DNA from: a virus
Lineage: Duplodnaviria > Caudoviricetes
Length of the DNA stretch: 37,537 bases
IMG/VR virus record: IMGVR_UViG_3300038365_000215
Coordinates: 1-37,537 of that record
Direction: 5' to 3' (one strand)
The position numbers and the translations under genes were made by a program. How positions within the stretch are numbered: position 1 is the stretch's first letter; every line of letters begins with the position of its first letter. Shown here piece by piece: positions 1 through 7,934 of the stretch. The notes under the pieces are model-generated. The model was not told the origin of the DNA. It searched no databases and worked only from the letters and a program-made list of their open reading frames with translations.

Positions 1-891
1 TCACTTAACCTTCGCTATGAACTGTCTCACGCCATTAATGTAGATGCCGGCTTCCTGCCCCGATTTACCGATAGGCACAATATAGTAGTAATGTTTGTCG
101 CCGTCGTCGTACCTGTTGAGCACCGTTATAATATCGGGCGTGCCCGCAATTACCTTCGGCGTTCCTTTGCAGGTTATCAGTGCCTGATAAGCACTTCCAC
201 GGGCTATTGTCACTGTGCCGCCCGTGTCGCAGGTATAATTCTTGCCTGAATCCGTCCAGCCGTTGAGATGGTTTTTCCTAATCACTGCCGCATAGTCATT
301 GTAAGAAATGTCGAGGTCGCAGCTGCCGCTGACGCCCGGCCACGTGCCCACTCTGTACTGCCATATGCCGCACGGCCTGTCGGGCGAACTGACGCCCGGG
401 CGCGCATACCAGAACAGCCAGCGGCTAAGCTGATTCGGGTAAAGGTGGTTGAGGCACCAGTCCTTATTTGCGTACCAGCCTGCATAGTAGCCTGCGGATT
501 CCAGCGCGGTAAGCTCGGACTTTAAAATATCCGTGTTCACCTGCGCAGACGGTATCCCCCCGTACCGCGCCTTGTACCCGTCTCCGTCCTCCATGTCAAC
601 TATGACAGGGTAAGACGGCTTACGGCCTTTCAGCTGACGCTTAATGTGCCGCGCCTCGCTTGCAGCGTCGGATACCGCCATCGCGTAAGAATACAGGTAA
701 GTACCCCACGGAATGCCGAGGCGCTCACATTCGGAAACGTTGCGGGCAAACTGGCCGTCGTCCTGCGAAGACATGTCTTCACCGTAGCCTAAACGCAGTA
801 TTGCAAACTGCAAGCCTGCTGCTTTTGCCTTGCCCCAGTCAATTCCATCGTTACTGTTTGAAACATCGATTCCTTTGATACTCATAAACAT
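1..891 (-). CDS. Endolysin, GH25 muramidase with a C-terminal putative cell-wall-binding domain
   Basis: N-terminal KGIDVS, YLYSYA, VIVDMED (DxE) and WQY...DLD motifs typical of GH25. GGAGGG RBS at 894-899 favours ATG 891 or 885. Located at the end of the late operon. Confidence 0.9.
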   Translation of the reverse strand: MFMSIKGIDVSNSNDGIDWGKAKAAGLQFAILRLGYGEDMSSQDDGQFARNVSECERLGIPWGTYLYSYAMAVSDAASEARHIKRQLKGRKPSYPVIVDMEDGDGYKARYGGIPSAQVNTDILKSELTALESAGYYAGWYANKDWCLNHLYPNQLSRWLFWYARPGVSSPDRPCGIWQYRVGTWPGVSGSCDLDISYNDYAAVIRKNHLNGWTDSGKNYTCDTGGTVTIARGSAYQALITCKGTPKVIAGTPDIITVLNRYDDGDKHYYYIVPIGKSGQEAGIYINGVRQFIAKVK

Positions 892-959
892 CACCCTCCA
901 TAAATCAGGCCAACGGAGGCTTAAAACAGCCTCTGCCGGCTAATTTTTTGCATAAATTT

Positions 960-982
960 AGCCGCCCCGTTGAGGAGCGGCT
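960..982 (-). terminator. Terminator-like hairpin after the rSAM cassette; a second long hairpin lies at 909-940
   Basis: Minus strand AGCCGCTCC-TCAAC-GGGGCGGCT followed by AAATTTATGC (weak U-tract). Second stem GCCGGC-A-GAGGCT / AGCCTC-C-GTTGGC. Confidence 0.45.
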
Positions 983-983
983 T

Positions 984-1313
984 TTAAGTTTGAAGCAGAT
1001 TTTCTTTTGTGAAGTTCATATCCAGCAGCACCTTGCCATCCGGCTGCAGCCGATTCGTAAGGTACCGGATGTATTGATATCCTGTGTAAGTTTGGGCCGG
1101 TGTTTTATCATCGGCACTGAGGAATACCTGGATGCTACTAAGCGCATCCTTTGTCAATTTGGCCTTTAAGGCATCCAGGGCTTCCTCATCCCCCGCGCTG
1201 CTGTTCTGGATGGTTAAGGTAATGTGCGTCTGGCCGTCGTGCTCCGGGCGATAGCTCTCTTCCACCGATGTGGCTGGGATAACCGTACCGTCTTTCAATT
1301 TTACTGTGAACAT
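984..1313 (-). CDS. Hypothetical protein (109 aa), last gene of the rSAM cassette
   Basis: Starts 4 nt after the rSAM stop, with GAAGGGAAG RBS in the rSAM 3' end. No recognised motif. Confidence 0.75.
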   Translation of the reverse strand: MFTVKLKDGTVIPATSVEESYRPEHDGQTHITLTIQNSSAGDEEALDALKAKLTKDALSSIQVFLSADDKTPAQTYTGYQYIRYLTNRLQPDGKVLLDMNFTKENLLQT

Positions 1314-1317
1314 AGAA

Positions 1318-2637
1318 TTACTTCCCTTCTAATTTTTTTAGCATGGAGAGCTCATCCTTGCTGATTATTTTCAGCGCCCATTCGTCGGGCACATGGTTAA
1401 CAAACCGCTTTTTGTTTCCGGTCAACCGGTAAATGCGGTTCCAGTAATAAATATTCGCGAGAACCCGTGCTTGGTGCATGATGCAGATGTAGGTTGCGCG
1501 CTTGTCCGGCGTGCCGAAGCACTGGTAATTGTAGGCGCTGCACCAGCTGCAGCCCTGCGCAATCGGGCAGTAGAAGCACTGGTCCGTAGACTGTGTGCGG
1601 CGGTCGATCTTTTTCAGACACTTAACACACTGCTTTTCTTTTGGCAGCGTCATGATGCCGCGATCCACATTGCCAATAATCAGCGGCGGGGCGGATTTCC
1701 CGAGTGAACTTTCCATGTAACGCAGGCACGGGAAAATGTCGCCCTTCCAGTCTACAGCCAGCATGTAGCCGGTCCCGCCGCACCAATTATCAAGGTCATG
1801 TTCTGATTTTGGCCGACCAATATCACTCTCAAAGAGGGAGATATACACGTCTTTGTACTTTCCAGATTCAATCAGATAATCGGCAAGCTGTTTCAGTTGG
1901 AAATACAGCGCCGTCGCGTGCTTTGGTTCCCAGCCTTTTTCGTAGACACAATTTGAGAAAATCTGGGTATAGCCTAAGTCGATGAGGTTTTTCCATGCTT
2001 CAAAGGCATAGTTGATATTCCCGGGCGCCAGCGTCATTTTGCTGCCCATGTCGCCGTGCCAGTAATCGCGGAAATGCTGCACCCCGCGGATGGCAATGTC
2101 GTAACTGCCGGAACCGTCCGGGAAGACTCGGCAGGCGTCGTGCAGTTTTTTATTTCCATCAATGCTAATGGAAAACGAGAGGTGCGACTGGTGCTTTTTA
2201 ATAAATGCCTGAAATTTGGGATCAAAATACAGGACTCCATTTGAGCAAATTGAAATCATATAGGCTTCGGCCCACGGATGATGCTTTTTAATTGCCTGGT
2301 CGAGAAAATAGTCAATAATTCGGTCAATAAGGTCAATTTCCAGCAGCGGTTCCCCGCCGATAAATTCCAGGATAATTGCCGGGCTGATGGTCGGATTGAT
2401 GTAGGTATTGGATTCATCAGCAGAAAGCAGATAGTCTACAAATTTCTTTGCAACAGAAATGGGCATCACATGGTGCCCTTTATTGATTTGATAGCAGTAT
2501 GTACAGCGCAAATTACAGGCATCTGTCACTTGGAAAGTTACAGAACGCGACAGGCGTTTTTCATGGATATTTCCGTTATATGGCTGAGGAAAAAGCCGAT
2601 TATAGTAATCTTGGAATGGTTCAATTCGTTTTTGCAT
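1318..2637 (-). CDS. Radical SAM/SPASM peptide maturase, CXXX-repeat target family
   Basis: CNLRCTYC (CxxxCxxC), GGEP, SISIDG. SPASM cysteines WCGG...GDIFPC...CFYCPIAQGCSWC...YIC. Adjacent to a CxxxC-repeat protein. Confidence 0.92.
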   Translation of the reverse strand: MQKRIEPFQDYYNRLFPQPYNGNIHEKRLSRSVTFQVTDACNLRCTYCYQINKGHHVMPISVAKKFVDYLLSADESNTYINPTISPAIILEFIGGEPLLEIDLIDRIIDYFLDQAIKKHHPWAEAYMISICSNGVLYFDPKFQAFIKKHQSHLSFSISIDGNKKLHDACRVFPDGSGSYDIAIRGVQHFRDYWHGDMGSKMTLAPGNINYAFEAWKNLIDLGYTQIFSNCVYEKGWEPKHATALYFQLKQLADYLIESGKYKDVYISLFESDIGRPKSEHDLDNWCGGTGYMLAVDWKGDIFPCLRYMESSLGKSAPPLIIGNVDRGIMTLPKEKQCVKCLKKIDRRTQSTDQCFYCPIAQGCSWCSAYNYQCFGTPDKRATYICIMHQARVLANIYYWNRIYRLTGNKKRFVNHVPDEWALKIISKDELSMLKKLEGK

Positions 2638-2929
2638 CAGCGACTACCTCTGCTGAAAGAATTGCAGTATTAAAATCAAGGCTCCACTGTACTTTCTTAT
2701 CTTCAAATTCTGGACGGGAAGAAACATATTCCTTCTCAAGTTCAGCTTTGGCTTCTTGATATTTTACATAATCCCCTTGATTGTCTTTGTCCCATTGCTG
2801 AAAAGCCTTTGTATGAATATCATAATCATGGGATAGCATAAACGCCATAATTTCCTTTGTACGCTCCATATTATACTGGAGAGCTTCTATATAATTTGAC
2901 TGTTCTTTGTTGATTTTAATCTGTTCCAT
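2621..2929 (-). CDS. Small partner protein of the CXXX-repeat modification system (102 aa)
   Basis: AAGGAG RBS; overlaps the rSAM start. Helical body and a C-terminal WSLDFNT motif resemble the small proteins that accompany CXXX-repeat rSAMs (TIGR04116-like, from recall). Confidence 0.65.
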   Translation of the reverse strand: MEQIKINKEQSNYIEALQYNMERTKEIMAFMLSHDYDIHTKAFQQWDKDNQGDYVKYQEAKAELEKEYVSSRPEFEDKKVQWSLDFNTAILSAEVVADAKTN

Positions 2930-2968
2930 AAGAATATTTTCTCCTTTTTAAATTAATCATCACATATA

Positions 2969-3775
2969 TTAATGCCTGCAACCACTGCAGCCTGTACAAG
3001 CACCACAACTGCTTGTACAACTTCCAGAGCAATTACCTCCACAATTTTTAGCACTACTGGATCCCCTGCATCCGGAACAACCGTCACATTGTCCTACACA
3101 GTTATTGGTGCACCCACTACAGCCATCAGTACAACCAGCACATCCATCACATGTGCCAGTACAGGAGGTACAGGCATTTGTACAGGCCTTTGAACAAGTG
3201 CCAGAACAACCGCCCGTGCATGTATCGGTACAGGTACCGGTACAGCCGCCCGTACACGCCCTACAGGCAGCACCACAGGAAGCCTCACAACCATTTGTAC
3301 AGCCAGAGCAGGCATTCGCACAGCCGCCTGAACAACCATATGAGCAGCTGCTGCCACAGCCAGAGCAGGCATCCGTACAGCCGCTGCAGCTACTGCAACT
3401 TGTGCAGCTTGTACATCCAGAATAACATCCCATTGTACAAAGTCCGCTGCACGATGCCTGACAACTACTATGTGGTGTTGTCGTTGCTTCGGCAGCATAA
3501 GTATCCACAATTTTATTAAGATTCGCCGTATTGAAATCTGACGGGATTTTTGCGCCGGCGGCGGCATCGGCAAGGTTTCCCTGCGGTTTGACTGCGATAA
3601 TTGGGGCAATTACTTTATGCCCTTGTTCGGTACGGATAATCCCGCCCGACGCAGGCTGTGCCGTAAAGTCCCAAGCGGTACCCGCATAAGCTGCCATGCT
3701 TCCGGCACCGTAGCGGCGCTGCATTTCGGCTTTGACTTTCTTTTTAATTGCGACGATTTCATCCGCCGTTATCAA
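2969..3775 (-). CDS. Cys-rich CxxxC/CxxC repeat protein, putative rSAM substrate and possible tail-fibre tip
   Basis: TTG start 6 nt after the tail-fibre stop. 104-aa Cys-free N-terminus, then 164 aa with 44 Cys (26 CxxxC and 16 CxxC spacings, one 8-aa gap), rich in G/S/T/A. Confidence 0.88.
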   Translation of the reverse strand: MITADEIVAIKKKVKAEMQRRYGAGSMAAYAGTAWDFTAQPASGGIIRTEQGHKVIAPIIAVKPQGNLADAAAGAKIPSDFNTANLNKIVDTYAAEATTTPHSSCQASCSGLCTMGCYSGCTSCTSCSSCSGCTDACSGCGSSCSYGCSGGCANACSGCTNGCEASCGAACRACTGGCTGTCTDTCTGGCSGTCSKACTNACTSCTGTCDGCAGCTDGCSGCTNNCVGQCDGCSGCRGSSSAKNCGGNCSGSCTSSCGACTGCSGCRH

Positions 3776-3781
3776 TTCCTA

Positions 3782-4669
3782 TCACCCCCATGTAGCCGGT
3801 ACCGGTCCCCAAGCCGTACCGTTATAATACTTCACAATATCGCCGTTTCCACTGTCCATCCACAACAGGCTTGTGTCATCCGGCGCGGCGGCCTGCCGTA
3901 CATAGCCACCCGTTGCAGGCAACTGCGACTTCGGCACTTTGCCGGTATTATCCAAAGATGCAATTCCTCCCATGGTACCCAATTCCGACCGCTGAACGGC
4001 CCCGGCAATTCTTTTCTTTTCCTCTGCTGTTACATGGATGCTGTTATCAAGTGCATGAGCAGCTGGGGCAGCGCCGACATCCTCCGGAGTGTTTGGTATG
4101 TTTACACTGACCGGAGCGCTGCCGTCATACGTTGCTGTAGATCCTCCCGAAAATGCGAGACTGTGCGCAACTTTGCCCGCGGCTGTATCACCGTTTTTAA
4201 GCGCATCAACATCTTTTTTCTTAGCGCAGATAAGACTGCTGTCAATCGTCGCTGTAATGTTGGCCGCGTTTCCAACCTGCGCTGTCATTACAAAGAGAAA
4301 TTCTGTCGGGCTGACACTGTATGCCGGAATTTTATCGGCTGTAGCAGATGTGTATCCATACGCATACAGGGTTTCTTCCGCATCTGGCATATTCGCGTAC
4401 AAACCAATTTCATGCCAGTAAAATGGTGTTGAAATACCCTGATTGGAAAACCAGCCTTCTACACGCGCTGCATTTTTGTTTGCGCTGATAGCAGTGATCA
4501 GTACATCTTTCACTGGGTCAACCAGTGCGGTAAGGCTCGCAACATCTGTACCATCTGACAGAGTGCCCTGTCCGATCTGCATTTTTGTGAAATTCAGTTT
4601 CTGCCCGGTCTGTGCCTTTGCCAGTAGGTTCTCACCTGCGGCGGTTAAGTAAAATTTTTCGATTGCCAT
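3782..4669 (-). CDS. Tail fibre / tail-collar fibre protein (DUF3751-like N-terminus)
   Basis: LTAAGENLLAKAQTG...FTKMQIGQG and EIGLYA...LYAY baseplate-anchor motifs. HVTAEEK and GIASLDNTGKVP shaft motifs. Follows the XkdT/XkdU-like genes. Confidence 0.85.
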   Translation of the reverse strand: MAIEKFYLTAAGENLLAKAQTGQKLNFTKMQIGQGTLSDGTDVASLTALVDPVKDVLITAISANKNAARVEGWFSNQGISTPFYWHEIGLYANMPDAEETLYAYGYTSATADKIPAYSVSPTEFLFVMTAQVGNAANITATIDSSLICAKKKDVDALKNGDTAAGKVAHSLAFSGGSTATYDGSAPVSVNIPNTPEDVGAAPAAHALDNSIHVTAEEKKRIAGAVQRSELGTMGGIASLDNTGKVPKSQLPATGGYVRQAAAPDDTSLLWMDSGNGDIVKYYNGTAWGPVPATWG

Positions 4670-5199
4670 TAAATCACCTGCTTTATTTCAAATACCTTTG
4701 CGGTCTGGAGGCATGCTCCAAAGTATTCCACACATCCGGCGCCCTGCTCATATTTAAGCGCAAACCCCATGTTTGCGGGCTTCACCTGCTCCACCATATC
4801 CATAATTGCCTTCACACCGATTTTTTCGGATGGCAGCGCAGCAATGTAAATCTGAAACGTATATTTTTCAGGCTGAACCTCCACGCGGGTGCCCGCGTGT
4901 GCCTGCTTAGAAACAAAGTCAAGCAAATAAGCCCCGTTTAGAATGCTGTCTGAATAAATCCGGGCAAGGATTGTTTCCCGTCGCTTCTGCTCAGTGCCCG
5001 CTGGCGCAATGCCGAGGATTTTTTCCCATCGCGCAATACCGTATGGTGTCAGTGTAGAGACAAACAAATCGGCAAAAGCGTTCTCAGTACACTGGTTCAG
5101 CCGATTCAGTTCGGCACTTTCTGCGGCCATTGTATGGTTCAGTTCCTTTACCGGCCGCAGCACTGGCGGAAGATAGCTTGTAAGGTCAACTTGCCGCAT
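4669..5199 (-). CDS. Baseplate wedge protein, XkdU/DUF2313-like
   Basis: YLPPVL, GIARWEKILGI, RRETILAR and VKPANM motifs. Position after baseplate J. Confidence 0.85.
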   Translation of the reverse strand: MRQVDLTSYLPPVLRPVKELNHTMAAESAELNRLNQCTENAFADLFVSTLTPYGIARWEKILGIAPAGTEQKRRETILARIYSDSILNGAYLLDFVSKQAHAGTRVEVQPEKYTFQIYIAALPSEKIGVKAIMDMVEQVKPANMGFALKYEQGAGCVEYFGACLQTAKVFEIKQVI

Positions 5200-6253
5200 T
5201 GTTTGTTACCGCCCCCAGCACTGGTATTTTATCCTCCGGCACAGGCAGATTTGCCGCCGTGCCGTTAAGAGTCAGCCCTTCGACATCCAACACACCGGCC
5301 ACGTCGAGAATTTTTGACTCTATCTGGCTGACGCGCACCATAATATTTCCATCAGCCCACTTTGCAGCAAGTTCCGCAAGGTAGTCCTTGGCTGCGGCTG
5401 TCACTCCCGACTGAATGTCCGTCCATACATGCCCTACTGCACAGGTAATGGATGCAGCCACATTTACAGTAAAATCTGCCGCACCCTGTACCGTTACAGA
5501 GTGCCCGATTGGAGCAAGGCCAACACCTTTTGCATGGCTGTCCACCGGGTCAAGCATCTGTTGCACTTCCTGCACCAGTTCAGCCGAAGGCACAGCATTT
5601 TGTGACGTTGTGAAAATCACTTTCACAGTGCCGGGGCCGTCCCAAGTAGGCAGCACTTTTACTCCGCCCACGCCGGACACCGCACCGACCTTTTCAATGT
5701 AATCCGTGATATTCCCGCCGAAAGCCTTCACGTTCAAGCTGTCAAAGTATCGCTTGCGGAAAATCTCCGTGTCCTCTTCATCCTCGCCGGGCACGAGAAT
5801 TTCCGTCAGTTTTGCGGATTCCAGCCCTTTTACATAATCAATCGGTATCAGCGTACCGAGATACTGATTTCCACAAATGCCCGGCGTTTCGCACCGAAGT
5901 TTGCTGTGCGTATCGTCAATGGCTTCCGTCACAATATAATTCAGGTCTTCCAGCGAAAAGCGTGTTCCTGCCGGCACAGCGGCACCGGAGAATTCACCCT
6001 TTAGCACAGCAGCACTCGCCGGGTATGGAGAAATTCCCCTTTCGGCGGCGCGTTTAATCAGATACTCCCGTGTTGCCGTGTCTGCAAAGGATTCGTTCAG
6101 AATGTTGTCAAGCTGAAGATAGGCAATCTGCAATTCCACTGCGGCGGGTGCCAATGCATCATAGATAATGCTTCCTTCACGCTTGTCGAGCGTGTCCGGT
6201 ACGCGGTCAAGCATTCGCTGCAGGATAACATCAAACGTAACGTTTTCATACAT
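5186..6253 (-). CDS. Baseplate J family protein (XkdT-like)
   Basis: DKREGSIIYDALAP, FADTA, GEDEEDTE, GGNITDY, GPGTVKV and APIG motifs. Confidence 0.93.
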   Translation of the reverse strand: MYENVTFDVILQRMLDRVPDTLDKREGSIIYDALAPAAVELQIAYLQLDNILNESFADTATREYLIKRAAERGISPYPASAAVLKGEFSGAAVPAGTRFSLEDLNYIVTEAIDDTHSKLRCETPGICGNQYLGTLIPIDYVKGLESAKLTEILVPGEDEEDTEIFRKRYFDSLNVKAFGGNITDYIEKVGAVSGVGGVKVLPTWDGPGTVKVIFTTSQNAVPSAELVQEVQQMLDPVDSHAKGVGLAPIGHSVTVQGAADFTVNVAASITCAVGHVWTDIQSGVTAAAKDYLAELAAKWADGNIMVRVSQIESKILDVAGVLDVEGLTLNGTAANLPVPEDKIPVLGAVTNNAAS

Positions 6254-6659
6254 TCAGGTCCACCTCGGTTTCATACTCAAAGCTGCCAAGTTTACTGTGT
6301 ACCGTAAATTGTACAGCCAGCACACCGCCGCGTCCCTGTGCAAAAGAAAAGCCATCCACGCTGTCAATTCGGTCATCCTGCGTGAGGGCTTCCGAGATCC
6401 GGCGCTTTAGCTCACTCTCCACATAGGGCAGCGGCATTCCAAAAAGGTCTTTCAGCTCAATGCCATAGTTCCAACTGAAAATGATGTTCTCGTATCGCTC
6501 AATATTGAGAATCAAATAAATTGCCTGTTTGAGCGCGTCTATGTTGCCCGTTTTTCCTGCGATGGTTTCCGCCTGCGGCATCAGCCGGTAAGTCTGGTTT
6601 GGCTGTGCCGGAATGTCTTTGGTGCTTAACGGCAGACTTGCATAAGATTTTGGCAGCAT
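6246..6659 (-). CDS. XkdS/DUF2634-like sheath initiator (gp25-like)
   Basis: ALKQAIYLILNIERY, YGIEL and EALTQDDRIDSV motifs. Confidence 0.88.
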   Translation of the reverse strand: MLPKSYASLPLSTKDIPAQPNQTYRLMPQAETIAGKTGNIDALKQAIYLILNIERYENIIFSWNYGIELKDLFGMPLPYVESELKRRISEALTQDDRIDSVDGFSFAQGRGGVLAVQFTVHSKLGSFEYETEVDLNV

Positions 6660-6661
6660 TG

Positions 6662-6985
6662 TCAGCCCTCCCCGATACGGTCAAGCACAACGAATTTCTG
6701 CCCTCCCGGTACTTGAAACAGCAGAACGTGCTCCCCAATTTTCAGCGCATTATGGATTGTATACGGCCGGCGGCTTCCACCAGAAGGAGTAATGTCTGTC
6801 CGATACTCCGTTACCGCTCTCGCCAAAATTAAAAAGTCCGCATCAAGCTCCAATTTCTGGCTGATGCGGATTTTAAGCGGTGACGCGGATGTCACGGTTC
6901 CGGCGAGCATCGCCGCAGGCTTTGCAGCATCGGTTGTCTGCTGCGAAAGTTTCCGCAGCACGTCTGTAAGTTCACTGACCGGCAT
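6662..6985 (-). CDS. XkdR/DUF2577-like baseplate spike protein
   Basis: GTVTSASPLKI and LKIGEHVLL..GGQKFVVLDRI motifs. Confidence 0.85.
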   Translation of the reverse strand: MPVSELTDVLRKLSQQTTDAAKPAAMLAGTVTSASPLKIRISQKLELDADFLILARAVTEYRTDITPSGGSRRPYTIHNALKIGEHVLLFQVPGGQKFVVLDRIGEG

Positions 6986-7934
6986 CGAACACGCCCCCTT
7001 CCAATGTTAAGTCCATCGTATGGGCACCGCCTTTCCATTTATGTGTGCATTGGTTCACGACAAGCCACCCGTTTTGTTGCACTTCTCCCATATTCACTCG
7101 AACAAATACAGTACATCCTGCGCGAATCCGATTATCCCCAAATACATCTTTCAGAGTAACCGTGCGCTCCACGCGATTGTACAGGCTTAGATAAATATTA
7201 GCTTTTTGCTGTGCGTTCGCCGTGCTGTTGATGGATTCGTACTTTTGCAGTGTCCCCCATTCAGCCATGTGGTTGCTGTCCTGCGCTGAGAAGATCTGGC
7301 GTTTTCCGGAATTTGAATCGTTGTAAACGAGTTTAATTTTGTTATATGATTTATTGTCGATACTGCTCTGAAAGTCATATCCGCCGCAAGTGTCAGCGTC
7401 AATGAGAAACGGCACGGTCATGTCAGACACATTTTTTAAGGTAAGCTTACCGTAATCATCGTAAAGCACATAGAGATTGCCGTTTGCCATCACGGTGGAA
7501 TCGAGGGCGTCCTGCACAATGTCAAAATAGGTTTTTCCGTCGCCGACGTAGGTCGGAATGTTGTACCCGGTGTTTGCTAAAGAGCCGTATTTCAGCCCCA
7601 TATCATCCGCAACCATCCGGATGACCTGGTCCGCACGTTTGTTTTTATAAATGAACACATCCGTGTTTTTCAGCTGCCGGAGTTGGTCATATGCCGTCAC
7701 CTTAATTTTGCTGTCGCCGCCATGGCTTACCGTGTAGATTGACCCAAAGAACAGTTTGTCTTTGTCATCCATGAGCCACACAGCATCGCCGTGCGCCAGC
7801 GTAAGGTAGTAATCACCAAGAACCGTAAAGGTAAGCTCACCCGGCGAACCTTTCCGTGAGGTTTCCCATGTAATCTCATCCAATAATACTGGCTGCATGA
7901 TTTTCTGCTTATATTGCGTAAAAAGCTGAATCAC
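6972..7934 (-). CDS. Baseplate hub protein (XkdQ-like)
   Basis: RKGSPGELTF, TAYDQLRQLKN, YDDYGKL and WGTLQ motifs. GTG at 7934 overlaps the upstream stop (GTGA); start chosen by inference. Confidence 0.85.
   Translation of the reverse strand: MIQLFTQYKQKIMQPVLLDEITWETSRKGSPGELTFTVLGDYYLTLAHGDAVWLMDDKDKLFFGSIYTVSHGGDSKIKVTAYDQLRQLKNTDVFIYKNKRADQVIRMVADDMGLKYGSLANTGYNIPTYVGDGKTYFDIVQDALDSTVMANGNLYVLYDDYGKLTLKNVSDMTVPFLIDADTCGGYDFQSSIDNKSYNKIKLVYNDSNSGKRQIFSAQDSNHMAEWGTLQKYESINSTANAQQKANIYLSLYNRVERTVTLKDVFGDNRIRAGCTVFVRVNMGEVQQNGWLVVNQCTHKWKGGAHTMDLTLEGGVFDAGQ

Noticed and set aside
1318-2637. Anaerobic sulfatase maturase or nucleotide-modification rSAM (QueE/NrdG-like)
   Set aside because: No sulfatase, que or nrdD genes are nearby. 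The SPASM domain and adjacent Cys-repeat ORF fit a peptide maturase better.
2972-3609. Overlapping ORFs 2972-3193, 3094-3609, 3105-3425 and 3151-3519
   Set aside because: Low-complexity shadow frames of the Cys-repeat gene.
2969-4669. Diversity-generating retroelement target in the tail region
   Set aside because: No reverse transcriptase and no template/variable repeat pair are visible in the window.
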